In this document: piece by piece, positions 43,179-56,270 of the stretch
How the letters are laid out: each line of letters opens with the position of its first letter
Position numbering within the stretch: position 1 is the first letter of the stretch
From: Opitutales bacterium
GTDB taxonomy: Bacteria > Verrucomicrobiota > Verrucomicrobiia > Opitutales > UBA2987
Assembly: GCA_965226885.1 (NCBI GenBank)
Contig: CBDDEL010000009.1
Span: 128,001 to 192,000 of the forward strand
Direction of reading: 5' to 3'
DNA length: 64,000 nucleotides
Made by a program: the position numbers and the translations under genes
The notes under the pieces: model-generated
The model's database searches: none
Told to the model about the DNA's origin: nothing
Seen by the model: only the letters and a program-made list of their open reading frames with translations

Positions 43179-43942
43179 TAGGTAGGTCGTGTCCGCCACC
43201 CAGACCTCGTCGATATGGGTCGGCTGGCCATGCTTTTTAAGCACATTGGGGCTGTAACCATAGGGATGGTTACTGTTGGTTTTTAATGGCTTAAAGCGTT
43301 TACTCTGGGTGCTTTTGATTCCCATTTCACGCATCAGACGCAGAGCCCGGTCACGGCCGCAATCGATGCCCTCATCATCCTTCAGATGGCGGTGCATTGG
43401 CCGATGCCCATAGCGGCCCTTGGCCTCTTTGTGTACCTTCAGGATCGCCCCCTTGATTCCCTCGTCCTCGATCCGCCGGGCCGAGGGCGCTCGGGGCCTC
43501 CAGCAGTAATAGCCACTGCGACAAATCCCCATCGCCGAGCATATTTCCTCGATCTTGAAGCGCCCCTCGTTGTCTTTGACAAACTGGTACTTCATTGTTC
43601 GTCCTTGGCAAAGTAGCCCACCGTTTTTTTTAGTATCTGGTTGATCCGCTCCGAGCGGCGCAGCTCTTTGCGAAGACGATCTATCTCGGCCGCCATCTCC
43701 TTCGGACTGCTCTGTCGCTTTGAGGTGGCTTCGCCCTGCTGATCGTCCAGATAGAGCCTCTTCCACCTATACAATTGGTTGGTGTTGACCCCAAGTTTGG
43801 TCGATACCTCGGTGGCGCTCAGACCATCGAGTATCATCAGTTGAACTGCCTCATTTTTGAACTCTATACTAAAGCGTCTTCTTCCCATGCTTCGATTCTC
43901 CATTTAGGAGAATCTCGTGTCCACTTTTTCCAGTGCACATCA
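43179..43942 (-). mobile_element. IS3-family element, 5' 764 bp only (orfA 43592-43903 plus truncated orfB)
   Basis: Reverse complement of 56271-57034. Confidence 0.92.
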
Positions 43943-44373
43943 TCGATGACAATACACCGGGCAGACGATTTTTCCAGAGGTTTGACGATGGGAGTCTTTT
44001 CAGCGTCCCGCCAATTCAAACGACCCCGATACTCTCACCTGGCCAAACCATTTCTGGAACTTTAACCACCAGTGACGAAACGGATCCTTTTTTTGCAGAC
44101 ATAGGCGTTTTCTATAAGGATGACTTTGAACTCTCTGGCGTTTCCGCCGATCAGTCCGTTACGGTTGAAATGAACTCGGTCGACTTCGATTCCTTTCTCG
44201 ATCTGGTCGATGCGGACAATAATATATTACTCGACTTTGATGACGATGGCACCGGTTCCCTTAATTCCCGGATCACTTTCACGGTTCAACCGAATATTCG
44301 CTACCTCATCCGTGCGACCAGCGCTAGTGCTGAAGAAACCGGAAACTATGAAATCCATATGGTTGTGAATTGA
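43943..44373 (+). pseudogene. C-terminal fragment with PPC-like (pre-peptidase C-terminal) domain
   Basis: S.DFDSFL.L......DDD.G...NSRI.F....Y.I.ATS...G.Y pattern; begins at IS3 end. Confidence 0.72.
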
Positions 44374-44399
44374 TTAGACTCCGCCCCATATCATCACTA

Positions 44400-44495
44400 T
44401 TAAGGACGAGGAATGGCGAGGCCGCCATCGATTACGATGACCTGACCGGTGGAATAAGGAAATTCTCCCCGAGAGAGGTCGGCATACAAGCATTT
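44400..44495 (-). pseudogene. C-terminal remnant of an SDR oxidoreductase
   Basis: Translates as ...RGEFPYSTGQVIVIDGGLAIPRP*; no upstream SDR sequence. Confidence 0.65.
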
Positions 44496-45053
44496 GGAGG
44501 ACTCCCCGACTTATCAGGACTGCCATATCGGGTTCCGGGTGGTTACCATGGTGGAAAAATGAACTGGCAATGAGCATCTGCGGCCAGGCTTTGGCAATTT
44601 CTGTGGTTTTGCTTGGTGGAATGAACCTGACGCCTCAATACCTTGCTTACATCTCTTGGTTCGTCTGGTTGATCAGCTTTATGAAGTTTTGCTTCCTGTT
44701 GCCTCATCTTTTCCAGAAAGGGCGGAAGGGGTGATCTATCCTTCGTAAAAAGCCGATTAACAACGGATTACACGGATGAACGTGGATAATTATGAATTGG
44801 TGATTTAAAAGTTTTTTATAATCTGCGTTTATCTGCGCAATCTACGGGTTTATGATATTTTGGGGTATATTATCGGTGATTGGCGGTTTTTTAACTGTCG
44901 GGAGGGTGTTTTTTGGGTGAAATTGGGTTTTTTTGGTGAAAAATACACTGAAAATCGAAGTTTAATCAAACGCATCAAACGTAGCCAACCTATCCATTGA
45001 CGTTTTTGGGTTTTTGTGTTATGGTGACGGCCTATGAAGCAAAAAACAACAAC

Positions 45054-45330
45054 CCGAATCTTTACCGTTGCTTGGATGTCTGGCAGACGGGGGAGGTGGA
45101 TAACGCTGGATATTTGGCGCACATTTTTTGTGGAGAAAATGGAATATCGAAACTAGATGGAAAAGAAAATGAATCCAATAATAGCCACATATGTGGAACC
45201 GAATCTTTAACCGTTGCTTGGATGTCTGGCAGACGGGGGAGGTGGATAACGCTGGATATTTGGCGCACATTTTTTGTGGAGAAAATGGAATATCGAAACT
45301 AGATGGAAAAGAAAATGAATCCAATAATAG
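45054..45330. repeat. Near-exact ~131-bp direct duplication with a 14-bp spacer containing palindrome CCACATATGTGG
   Basis: 45054-45184 vs 45199-45330, differing by one inserted A. Confidence 0.92.
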
Positions 45331-45516
45331 TTGAAGAATCTAATGAGAGAAAGGTCTTTAAAATCAATGATGGCGAGTCCGGGAGCTTATGGACACGATC
45401 TTTGTTGCTGTTGCCATTGCCGGTTAAGGTTTGTTTTGAACTTTGTCCGGGGACTTGTTTGTCTGTGAACTTGCCTCGTTGAGGAGAATGGCATTTTTTC
45501 TAACCTTATAGGTGAT

Positions 45517-46785
45517 ATGAAAGCGATACCTTATCAGTTGAAGTGTATGGATTGCGATGGCCGTTACGATCCCGGTGAGGTTCTTTATGTTTGTCCGTCA
45601 TGCTCGCAAGAACAGGCGCCGGGCCGGGCCTTGCGTGGGGTTTTGGAGGTGGATTACGATTACGAGCTGTTGGCCCGGCAATTCAATCGGGAGTATTTGG
45701 CCGACTGCCCTGTGGTAGGCACACGGCGTTATATGCCATTGCTGCCCCTTGCGGATGAAAAATATCTTTCGCCCCTGCTCATAGGGGGCACGCCATTGGC
45801 GGCCGGAGAGCGTTTGGGTGCGCATTTGGGGATGACATCTCTCTATATGAAGGACGATACCCGGAATCCGGCCGGTTCCTACAAGGACCGCGCTTCGGTA
45901 TTGGTGGTGGCCAAGGCCCTCGAATTGGGGATGGAAACCGTTTGCACGGCCTCGACCGGCAATGCCGCCACCGCCCTGGCCTGTGTTTGTGCTTCGCAGG
46001 GGGTGAACTGCGCCGTTGTCGTGCCCGAATCCGCGCCCCCGGCCAAGCTGGCCCAAATGCTGGTTTACGGGGCCAGGGTGTTTCCCGTGCAGGGAAATTA
46101 CGATCAAGCTTTCGACCTTTCCACCGAGGCCTGCGAACGACTGGGTTGGTACAATCGCAACACCGCCTTCAATCCCTATACCATCGACGGCAAACGGGTG
46201 GCCGCTTTCGAGATTTGGGAACAACTGGGGCAAAAGGTCCCCGACTCGGTCTGGATTCCCAGTGGGGACGGCGTCATCCTGGCTGGAGTGGCCAAAGGAT
46301 TTCGGGATTTGCTCGGGTTAGGATTGATCGACCGAATTCCACGCATGATCGCCGTGCAGGCGGAGGGAAGTGCGGCTCTCGTCCATGCCTTCCAGTCGGG
46401 CGCTTTGGAACCGGAACCGGTTTCGGGCGCAACCTCGGTGGCCGATTCCATAGTGGTGGAGGCGCCCCGCAACGGCATTTTGGCTCTGCGGGAAATCAGG
46501 GAGTCGGGCGGAAGGGCGATTGCCGTCTCCGATGCGGAAATCCTGTCGGCCCTGGCACTTCTGGGCCGCTTGACGGGCATTTTTGTGGAACCTTCCAGCG
46601 CCGCGGCGGTAGCGGGTTTGGCCAAAGAGCGCCAGGCCGGGCGGGTGGCCGATGATGAATGCGCCATCCTCCTGCTCACCGGAACGGGGTTAAAAGATAT
46701 CGCCGCTGCCCGGCGCTCTGTCGAAATGCCCCCATCCATCGCACCGAATTTTCAGGCATTTGAGGAGGCATTGGGTAGATGCTAG
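45517..46785 (+). CDS. thrC: Threonine synthase-family PLP enzyme
   Basis: N-terminal CxxC..CxxC, NP.GSYKDR, ASTGNAA, EPSSAA, LTGTGLKD. Confidence 0.8.
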   Translation: MKAIPYQLKCMDCDGRYDPGEVLYVCPSCSQEQAPGRALRGVLEVDYDYELLARQFNREYLADCPVVGTRRYMPLLPLADEKYLSPLLIGGTPLAAGERLGAHLGMTSLYMKDDTRNPAGSYKDRASVLVVAKALELGMETVCTASTGNAATALACVCASQGVNCAVVVPESAPPAKLAQMLVYGARVFPVQGNYDQAFDLSTEACERLGWYNRNTAFNPYTIDGKRVAAFEIWEQLGQKVPDSVWIPSGDGVILAGVAKGFRDLLGLGLIDRIPRMIAVQAEGSAALVHAFQSGALEPEPVSGATSVADSIVVEAPRNGILALREIRESGGRAIAVSDAEILSALALLGRLTGIFVEPSSAAAVAGLAKERQAGRVADDECAILLLTGTGLKDIAAARRSVEMPPSIAPNFQAFEEALGRC

Positions 46786-46864
46786 ATACTGGATACTGGA
46801 TGAGGATATTTTTTTCACCACGGATTGCACTACACGGATGAACACTGCTATTAATTAGCTACTT

Positions 46865-47710
46865 ATGAAAATGAGGATACTGGCCCTATTTAATTTAATT
46901 CTATTTAGCTGCGCCGGTTGCGTGGTTGCCGAAGAGGCGGCTGGGTTTGCCGAGGGTGTGGCGGAAAAATTAATTGAGGAGGCAAAACAAAATCAAGTCT
47001 GGCCCCTGGTCTCCGATATGGTTCCCGGTCTGGATATTGCCCAGGCCTATGCCATACAGCGTTCCCTGGTTGCAGCGAATTTGCCCGGAGACAGGATTTG
47101 CGGTTTCAAGGCCGCCCTCACAACCGGCCCGGCCCAGGAGCGTTTTGGGCTGAATGAGGCCGCCGCCGGGGTTTTGCTCGATTCCATGCGGCGCACCGGT
47201 AGAACCGATCTCGTTTTATCACAATTTTATCGACCGATGATAGAGCTGGAAGTCGCCTTCGTGGTGGGGAAAAGGATCGACCGGCCGCTGGAAGACGTTT
47301 CCGCGCTGAAAACCCATATCCGCTCGGCCTTGGCCTCCATCGAGCTGCCGGACCTGCGTTTCGCGGATATGGAGGAGGTCTCGGGTATGGACATCATCGC
47401 CGTCAACACGGTTGCGTCCGCTTTCATGGTTGGAAATGAGGTTCCCGGCGCGAAACAGGATTTTAGCCAGATGGAAGTTAAATTGACCCTCGACGACAAT
47501 ACCATAAAGGAGGGTAGCGGGCCCGGTTTTACCGGCGATCCTTGGGCGGCAGTCTTGAAATTGGTCAACCACACGGTGGGACAAGGCTGGGTCATCAAGC
47601 CCGGGCAGATACTCTTGAGCGGCGCCATGGGCGGGCTGATTCCGGTCGAAGAGGGAAACTACGAAGCTCGTTTCAGCGGATTGGGCATCATTCGCTTCAC
47701 GGTTCGTTGA
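46865..47710 (+). CDS. 2-keto-4-pentenoate hydratase / FAH-superfamily protein with signal peptide
   Basis: AYAIQ, GFKAALT, IELEVAF, IELPDLRF, GQILLSGA. Confidence 0.8.
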   Translation: MKMRILALFNLILFSCAGCVVAEEAAGFAEGVAEKLIEEAKQNQVWPLVSDMVPGLDIAQAYAIQRSLVAANLPGDRICGFKAALTTGPAQERFGLNEAAAGVLLDSMRRTGRTDLVLSQFYRPMIELEVAFVVGKRIDRPLEDVSALKTHIRSALASIELPDLRFADMEEVSGMDIIAVNTVASAFMVGNEVPGAKQDFSQMEVKLTLDDNTIKEGSGPGFTGDPWAAVLKLVNHTVGQGWVIKPGQILLSGAMGGLIPVEEGNYEARFSGLGIIRFTVR

Positions 47711-48839
47711 GCCCGTTGGTTGGATTCTCGGCAATCATTCGCCGCACCACTTCGGACATTTTGCCGGTTTCTTCAAAAATCGAGCGTTGCCTATCCGCGC
47801 CGGTTGGTTGGTCAACCAATTTATAAATGCGATTCAGTTCCTTGGAGCAATCCAGCTCGACCGCATAGTCATGCAGGACGGAGGCCATTTGCGTTGCTAA
47901 TTGACGCGCAGGGATCGGTTTGTGGGTAACGGAATCGACCAATTTCGCATCAAGGCCGTAGCGGCAGGCTTTCCATTTGTTCTGTTTGACCATTATGGGG
48001 TGGATATCGTGCTGGTAAACGCCTTTATCGATGTCGTCCGATAATCGGCAAACCAGGCACTGAATGAGGGCGGCCAGGCTGAGGGCGTCATCCAGGCAGC
48101 AGGGCAGGTCGCAGATGCGCACCTCCACCGTGCCGAAACCCGGATGAGGCCGCACGTCCCACCAAATATCCCGAATGCTGTTGATGAATCCGGTATTGAT
48201 GGAATGCCGCACGACCCAGCAATATTCGCTGAAATTGCGCATCAGGGGCGGCAGCCCGGCATTCGGTAGCTGCTCCATGATCTTGCTTCTTTGGGAGTGC
48301 AGACCGGTGTCCCGGCTGACCCAGAATGGGCTGTTGACCGACAAGGCCAGCAGGGTGGGGATGTAGCGATTCATGCGGTCGATGAGCATGACGGCTTTGT
48401 CCCCGGAATCCACCCCCACATGCACATGCATCCCGAAGGTGACAATGCGCCGGGCGGTGTCCTGCATTTTTTCGATGAGTAAATGATAGCGATCGCTAGG
48501 GGTGATTTTTTGGTTTTTCCAAATTGAAAACGGGTGCGTGCCGCCCCAGAACAGCAGGGTGTCCAGCTTTTTGGCAGCATCTTCCACCGCCTGAATCTTC
48601 TGTCGCAAATCCTCACCCACCTCCGCAATGGTGTTGCAGACCTTCGAATTGATCTCTAGATAGCACTGCATCAACTCCGGCTTGATGGAATCCTCGAACT
48701 CGGGAGGGAGGGAATTGAGAACATCGGTGATGACGCTTTTCAAGGCATAAGTTTCAGCATCAACCAGTTGCAGCTCGATTTCGACACCCACCGAGGGCCG
48801 GGAGTTATGAGTAAATTTGAGAGCGGAATTTCCATCCAT
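47697..48839 (-). CDS. YbdK-family carboxylate-amine (glutamate--cysteine ligase 2-type) ligase
   Basis: VGVEIELQLVD, GTHPFS, FGMHVHVG, WWDVRPHP.FGTVEVRICD. Confidence 0.9.
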   Translation of the reverse strand: MDGNSALKFTHNSRPSVGVEIELQLVDAETYALKSVITDVLNSLPPEFEDSIKPELMQCYLEINSKVCNTIAEVGEDLRQKIQAVEDAAKKLDTLLFWGGTHPFSIWKNQKITPSDRYHLLIEKMQDTARRIVTFGMHVHVGVDSGDKAVMLIDRMNRYIPTLLALSVNSPFWVSRDTGLHSQRSKIMEQLPNAGLPPLMRNFSEYCWVVRHSINTGFINSIRDIWWDVRPHPGFGTVEVRICDLPCCLDDALSLAALIQCLVCRLSDDIDKGVYQHDIHPIMVKQNKWKACRYGLDAKLVDSVTHKPIPARQLATQMASVLHDYAVELDCSKELNRIYKLVDQPTGADRQRSIFEETGKMSEVVRRMIAENPTNGLNEP

Positions 48840-48861
48840 AAGCAGTGTCCGGCGTTTTAAT

Positions 48862-50067
48862 TTATTTAAGCAAAGCCAGGTTGAGAGTTGAACGGGCCAG
48901 GATTTTAGTTCCAATGGAAAGGGCCGATTCGGCGATATCGAACTGGGGAGAATGCAAATAACTGGGTTGCTGGCCGTGCATGCCTACTCCCAGCCTCAGC
49001 ATACAGCCGGGGGCCGACGCCAGGTAATTACTGAAATCTTCTCCCCCCATGCTGGGGTGCGGAATCCAGCGGACGTTTTCCTTGCCCACCACCGAGATGG
49101 CCGCCTTACGGCATTTCCTCATTACTTCCCGATTGTTGATGACGCTTTCGATCTTGTAAGGAATGTGCATTTTAAAAACAGCGCCGGTGGCATTGGCAAT
49201 GCCGTTGGCAATGTCCATCATCTTGACCTTGATGAACTGCGATGTGTCGTTTTCTACCGTGCGGATGGTGCCGCGCAATTGCACGTTTTCAGGAATGACA
49301 TTGGGGTTGATTCCGCCCTGGAAAACACCGAAAGAAACCACCGCAGGCTCTTGCGCATCGAGCAGGCGCGGCATGGTGTTGTAAACGGTGTTGACGAATT
49401 GGGCGGCAGCGCCCACCGGATCTATAGTTTGATGGGGCCTAGCTCCATGGCCGCCCCGGCCCGAGACGCGAATATCGAATTCTTCGCAAATAGCCGTCAA
49501 GGCGCCCTCTCTCACCCCGATGGTGCCGACCTTCCGAGAGGGGTCCACATGCAGGGCGATGATCGAGTCCACACCTTTCATGACTCCGAATTCGATCATC
49601 TCGTTGGCCCCCGTAGCGGACTCCTCGGCGGGCTGAAATATGGCCCGCCAGGTTAATGGCCGGGGAAAAAGGTCCCTGCATTTATGCAAGGCGAGGATGG
49701 CCCCCAGGAGCATGGCAGTGTGAGCGTCGTGCCCGCAAGCGTGCATGAGGTCGGCTTCGGTTGACCGGTAAATAACGGTTTTTTCATCCTGCAAGCGCAG
49801 GGCATCGATATCGGCCCGCAGAGCGATGCGCATTTGGCCATTCTGTTCCTGCGAATCCACTGCCAGGCCTCTTTTGGTGGGCGCAATCCTTGGTGCCAGC
49901 CCCTTCTGGCGCAGCCATTGGGCGAGATAGGCGGTCGTTTTGAATTCATGTTCGCTGGCCACGGGATTGGCGTGCAGGTAACGCCTTACCTTGCGAATTT
50001 CATCATCAAGCGAATCGATTACCTGGTCTAATTCACCGTTGATGCTTGATGTAATGGAGGCTTCCAT
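48862..50067 (-). CDS. M20D amidohydrolase
   Basis: RADIDAL, MHACGHDAH, FQPAEE, GGEDFS, LHSP.FD. Confidence 0.92.
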   Translation of the reverse strand: MEASITSSINGELDQVIDSLDDEIRKVRRYLHANPVASEHEFKTTAYLAQWLRQKGLAPRIAPTKRGLAVDSQEQNGQMRIALRADIDALRLQDEKTVIYRSTEADLMHACGHDAHTAMLLGAILALHKCRDLFPRPLTWRAIFQPAEESATGANEMIEFGVMKGVDSIIALHVDPSRKVGTIGVREGALTAICEEFDIRVSGRGGHGARPHQTIDPVGAAAQFVNTVYNTMPRLLDAQEPAVVSFGVFQGGINPNVIPENVQLRGTIRTVENDTSQFIKVKMMDIANGIANATGAVFKMHIPYKIESVINNREVMRKCRKAAISVVGKENVRWIPHPSMGGEDFSNYLASAPGCMLRLGVGMHGQQPSYLHSPQFDIAESALSIGTKILARSTLNLALLK

Positions 50068-50153
50068 GACGAACAGTAAGTCGCCTCCATAATTGCCGAT
50101 CCAGCCTGGCCAGGCAAGCAATCATTTTCTTCCGGTAATGAAGGTAACTCCGA

Positions 50154-50882
50154 TCAAAGTGGGCGATGCAGCCGATGTTTGTAAGCTGAAATCAGCTCCT
50201 CATTTATAGTGCGGGCATCGGGGGTTGAGTTGGCGCTGACGAGTAGCGGAAGGGTGAGATTTTCATTCTTCAGGTATTGCACAATTTCCATCAAAAGAAG
50301 ATTTAAAAGCAATGCGCCGGTGAGGGTGGAAGTGGGCCCCGTATATTTTGACTGGCTGGGAATTTCGATGGCGGCGTCTCCCGGCGGGCCGCCGTTGTCG
50401 AGGACGTAATCCGCCACCTCGAACAGCTTTTGGCCGCTGGGGTGTCTGGATTGAGCTGGGCGAGACATAGGCAGGCTGGTCAGCGCGGCCACCATCAACC
50501 CCAGAGATTGGCACTTGAGGGCGACTTCGATGGGGCAGGGGTTTATACCTGAGTTGGAAATCACAATAACGGTTTCCCCCTCTCTCATGTCGTATATCGA
50601 ATGGTGCTTTTCCACCAGCCGGGTTCCGTAACCGGGCAGGGTCTCCACCCAGCCGCCGGTGGGGTCGACAATGGCGCTGACTTGAGCCAGGCCACCCGCC
50701 CGGTGCACCAGTTCGCGAGCGAGAATGGCCGAGTGCCCGCTGCCGAATGTATGCAAGACTCCGCCGTTTCCAATGGAACGGCCGATGACAGCGCCTAATT
50801 TCTCCAGAGTTTCGCGGTTTTCCTGGAAAATCCGGCTGTTGCCGGCCTGGATTTGTTCAAAATATTGGTCGGAAAGTTTCAT
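50154..50882 (-). CDS. SIS-domain (sugar isomerase) protein
   Basis: FGSGHS, RAGGL, ISNSGIN, GPTST. Confidence 0.88.
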   Translation of the reverse strand: MKLSDQYFEQIQAGNSRIFQENRETLEKLGAVIGRSIGNGGVLHTFGSGHSAILARELVHRAGGLAQVSAIVDPTGGWVETLPGYGTRLVEKHHSIYDMREGETVIVISNSGINPCPIEVALKCQSLGLMVAALTSLPMSRPAQSRHPSGQKLFEVADYVLDNGGPPGDAAIEIPSQSKYTGPTSTLTGALLLNLLLMEIVQYLKNENLTLPLLVSANSTPDARTINEELISAYKHRLHRPL

Positions 50883-51133
50883 AATCGGATATATTCGGCT
50901 GAGAGCGTGTTTCTTGTCCAGAACAACCTTGACACAGTTTTCCAGAGTGTTTTCTTGACAAGCCGTAGCGCCTTGAGATTCGGTTAGCCGTTACCGGGAG
51001 ACAGGGTCTTTTTTTAAGGAATTCGTCCTATCATTTTTCCCGGCAATCGATTCTGTTGACACAAGTCGGAAAATTTTTTTTTGAACCTGTAAATATATAA
51101 CAACAAATACTGATCTAACGACACTTTAAACCT

Positions 51134-53329
<2,196 letters not shown>

Positions 53330-53349
53330 ATAAGGACGGTTTTGCTGCT

Positions 53350-54131
53350 ATGGCTGATTCAGCGGTGCGGCTTCTCAAGGTAGTCAAAAACTATGACCGG
53401 CAAAGGGCCGTGGACAATTTGTCCCTGGATGTCCCGGCCGGTTCCATATACGGTTTTATCGGTCCTAACGGCTCCGGGAAAACGACCACCCTGCGCCTTA
53501 TCCTGCACCTGATCCTGCCTGACGAGGGGATTGTCGAAGTCCTTGGAAAACGGGAAACGCGGGCCGCCAACGACAGGATCGGCTATCTCCCGGAGGAGCG
53601 CGGCCTTTACAAAAAAATGACGGTCCGGCGGCAGATCGGGTATTTTGGCAGGCTCAAGGGAATGAGCGGCCCGCTTATCCGAAAAAGGACAGCATACTGG
53701 CTGGAACGCCTGGGATTGGCCGACCGCATCGATTCCAAAACGGAAAGTCTTTCCAAGGGCATGAGGCAAAAGGTGCAGTTTATCGCGGCCGTCATCATGC
53801 AGCCGGACTTGCTCATCCTCGATGAACCGTTTTCCGGGCTCGATCCTCTCAATCTGGAAGCTATCCGGGAAGTAATCCTTCAACTCAAGCGGGAGGGAAC
53901 CACCATCCTGTTATCCACCCATGACATGGTGGTGGCCGAGAATATGTGCGATTATGTTTTCATGATCGATAACGGCAAAAAGGTGCTCGATGGGCCACTT
54001 TCTGAAATACAGGAAACTTTTGGGCAGGATACGATTCGGGTGCGCCTTGGCGGGAGCGATTTTACCTCCTGGGAAACCCTCCCCGGGGTTTCATCGGTGC
54101 GCGACCATGGGCGGTATCAGGAGCTTAGGTA
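53350..54131 (+). pseudogene. ABC-2 ATP-binding protein, C-terminus cut by IS; partner permease absent
   Basis: GPNGSGKTT, GYLPEERGLY, LSKGMRQK; frame reads into the IS end. Confidence 0.82.
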
Positions 54132-55967
54132 CAGGCTGTCCCAAAAGGGTGATTTTTGCGAGGGCTTTTGATAGGCGCTCATTTTTTTGATAGGCGCTCA
54201 TTTTAGAGGTATTTGCATTTGGGAGAGTATCAACTTTGCTCTCCTATGACGTTAGGATACTGGTTTTGGGGTCCGGTTGCCTGGTTTTCTTTGTATGAGC
54301 CGACAGTACGGCTGTGAAAAAGTATTGTCCTTGCTTTTCCGCTCTCTAGGCCGCCGCTTTGGTTTTTAGTTCGTCTTGCTGGGCCAGCATCTTGGCTACT
54401 TTCCATAGGTTGTGCGAGAGTACCGACCAGGCTACGCTGATCGAGCGGTTGGCAAAGCCTTTGCTGCGCAACCGCCCGGCCTGCCAGCGATTCTTCAATA
54501 CCCCGATCCGCCCTTCGGTGCTGGCCCGGCGCTTTTGCAATTGTCTGAACAGTGGTTCCTCCATCCGTTTTTTCAACTGCTTCGGATCGCGTGGACAGAG
54601 CGCGTCGTAGATTCCCTCCTGGGCTAACTCCCAGCGGGCCCGCTGGGAGGCAAATCCCCGGTCCGCGCACATGGCCGCTATGGGTTCTTCCAGGTTGAAG
54701 CGGTTCTGTCTTTGCAAACTCTCTTGCATTTGTTCATTTTCGCTTGGAGTTCGGCTGCCGTAGAGTTTCCAGTCCAGCAGGTACCCTTCAACGCTTTCTC
54801 CCAAAAACAGGGTGTTGCCGAACTCGACCTCTTGGCCCGCTTTACCTCGCACAATCACCTGCCCATCGAGTTCGTAAACACTCAAGACTTTCTCTGCGTT
54901 TTTCACCTGGCGGCCGCCAATGATCCGCTCGTGCGCCTGTTTGATGACCACCGGGATTTGCTCGCTCATGCGCTCCATCCGGGCGAGGATCTGTTGGACC
55001 TGTTTTTCGCTGTAATCGCTTTGCTCCCAGCAGGCTTGCAATAATTCCCGGTGACTGCGGGCATGCTCCCCGATCCGTTTGAGCAGCTTTTTCATCTGCC
55101 TCAAGATACCCTTGCGCTGCCGCGCGCTGTCCTTTCGCCGCCGGCTGTGGGTCATCTGTATGCACAGCCGATTCATCTGCCGAGCCAAGGGCTCCGGTTC
55201 GATCGGCATGCGATGGCGCACACCGGCCTTCTCGCGGATCAGCCGGATCGCTTTGAGCAACGTGCCGGCTACATCCTTGAGTAATACCCAGTCCGTCGGC
55301 CAATGAATGTTAGCCTCCAAACAGGTGCCGTCGATCAGGCAAATGGTGGTGTCAATCGGCTTGTCCAATCCCACCTGCCGGGCCAGAAGGGCATCGCCCA
55401 CCACCTCAGTCAAGGTCCGGTGCAAGGCCCTCAACTGCTCTTCGCTGAAAAACTTCGAGGCCCGCTCCAGGGTGCTTTTGGAGATGCCCCTGATGCCATC
55501 GATCTGCCGGACACGGCAAAAGTCGGCCAACAGATCGCTGCTGCCCAGAGCCCGCGACAAATGCCGAAACGAAATCCCTCCGAGCAGACGGCCCAGCGTA
55601 TCCATGCGCAGTGCCTTGATGGCAAAACTGGCCCGCTGCCGCCGGGCCTTTAGACCCATTGGCTGCCACCCCTCCAAGGCCAGCTCAATGGCCTGCGATT
55701 CCACCTCCGAGTCGATCAGCAGCCGATCGATTCGATCAATGGTGGCGCGGAAGTTATCGTAATCGAGGCACCGGTCGACCACAGTTAAAGCTGGACGCAG
55801 GAGGCATTGGATGGCTATATTTTTCATAGAAAGGGCTATATTGATTTTCGCTAACTCAATTATAGAACCCTTTTTTGGCCGGATCGAGCAAAAACTTGCT
55901 CTTTCCGGCTCTTTTTATCAACGTCATCCAGTTGACTATAAAATCTTTATATTTTTGGGACAGCCTC
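54132..55967 (-). mobile_element. IS5-like/ISNCY copy 3 (1836 bp; transposase 54346-55827)
   Basis: Same element; terminal G->C change and a 19-bp internal duplication at 54166-54203. Confidence 0.92.
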
Positions 55968-56270
55968 TATATAATGCGACCACCAACCCGGCTACCCGCA
56001 TCTGGTTGATGATAAATACGAACAGCAGCCCTCCTGACAATCCGATCAGTTTCGCCTTCCAGGAACACGGAAAGGGCAGTACGGCACTGGCCAAAATGAG
56101 GTAAGCCAAGGCGCCATCGCAACCATAGCCGATGGCTATATTTCTCACTACTCCCTGAAAAGTAACCCACATGGTCACATCGTGAAGTATTATATCCACT
56201 CCAGCCAATCAGACAAAAAATGTGAATGCCATGGCCGTGAATTTATCGATCGGGTAAAGAACCGCTGCAG
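55968..56270 (-). pseudogene. Internal fragment of an exosortase-family protein
   Basis: I..GCDG catalytic Cys and NQMRV Arg motifs within TM helices; IS junctions on both sides. Confidence 0.78.
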
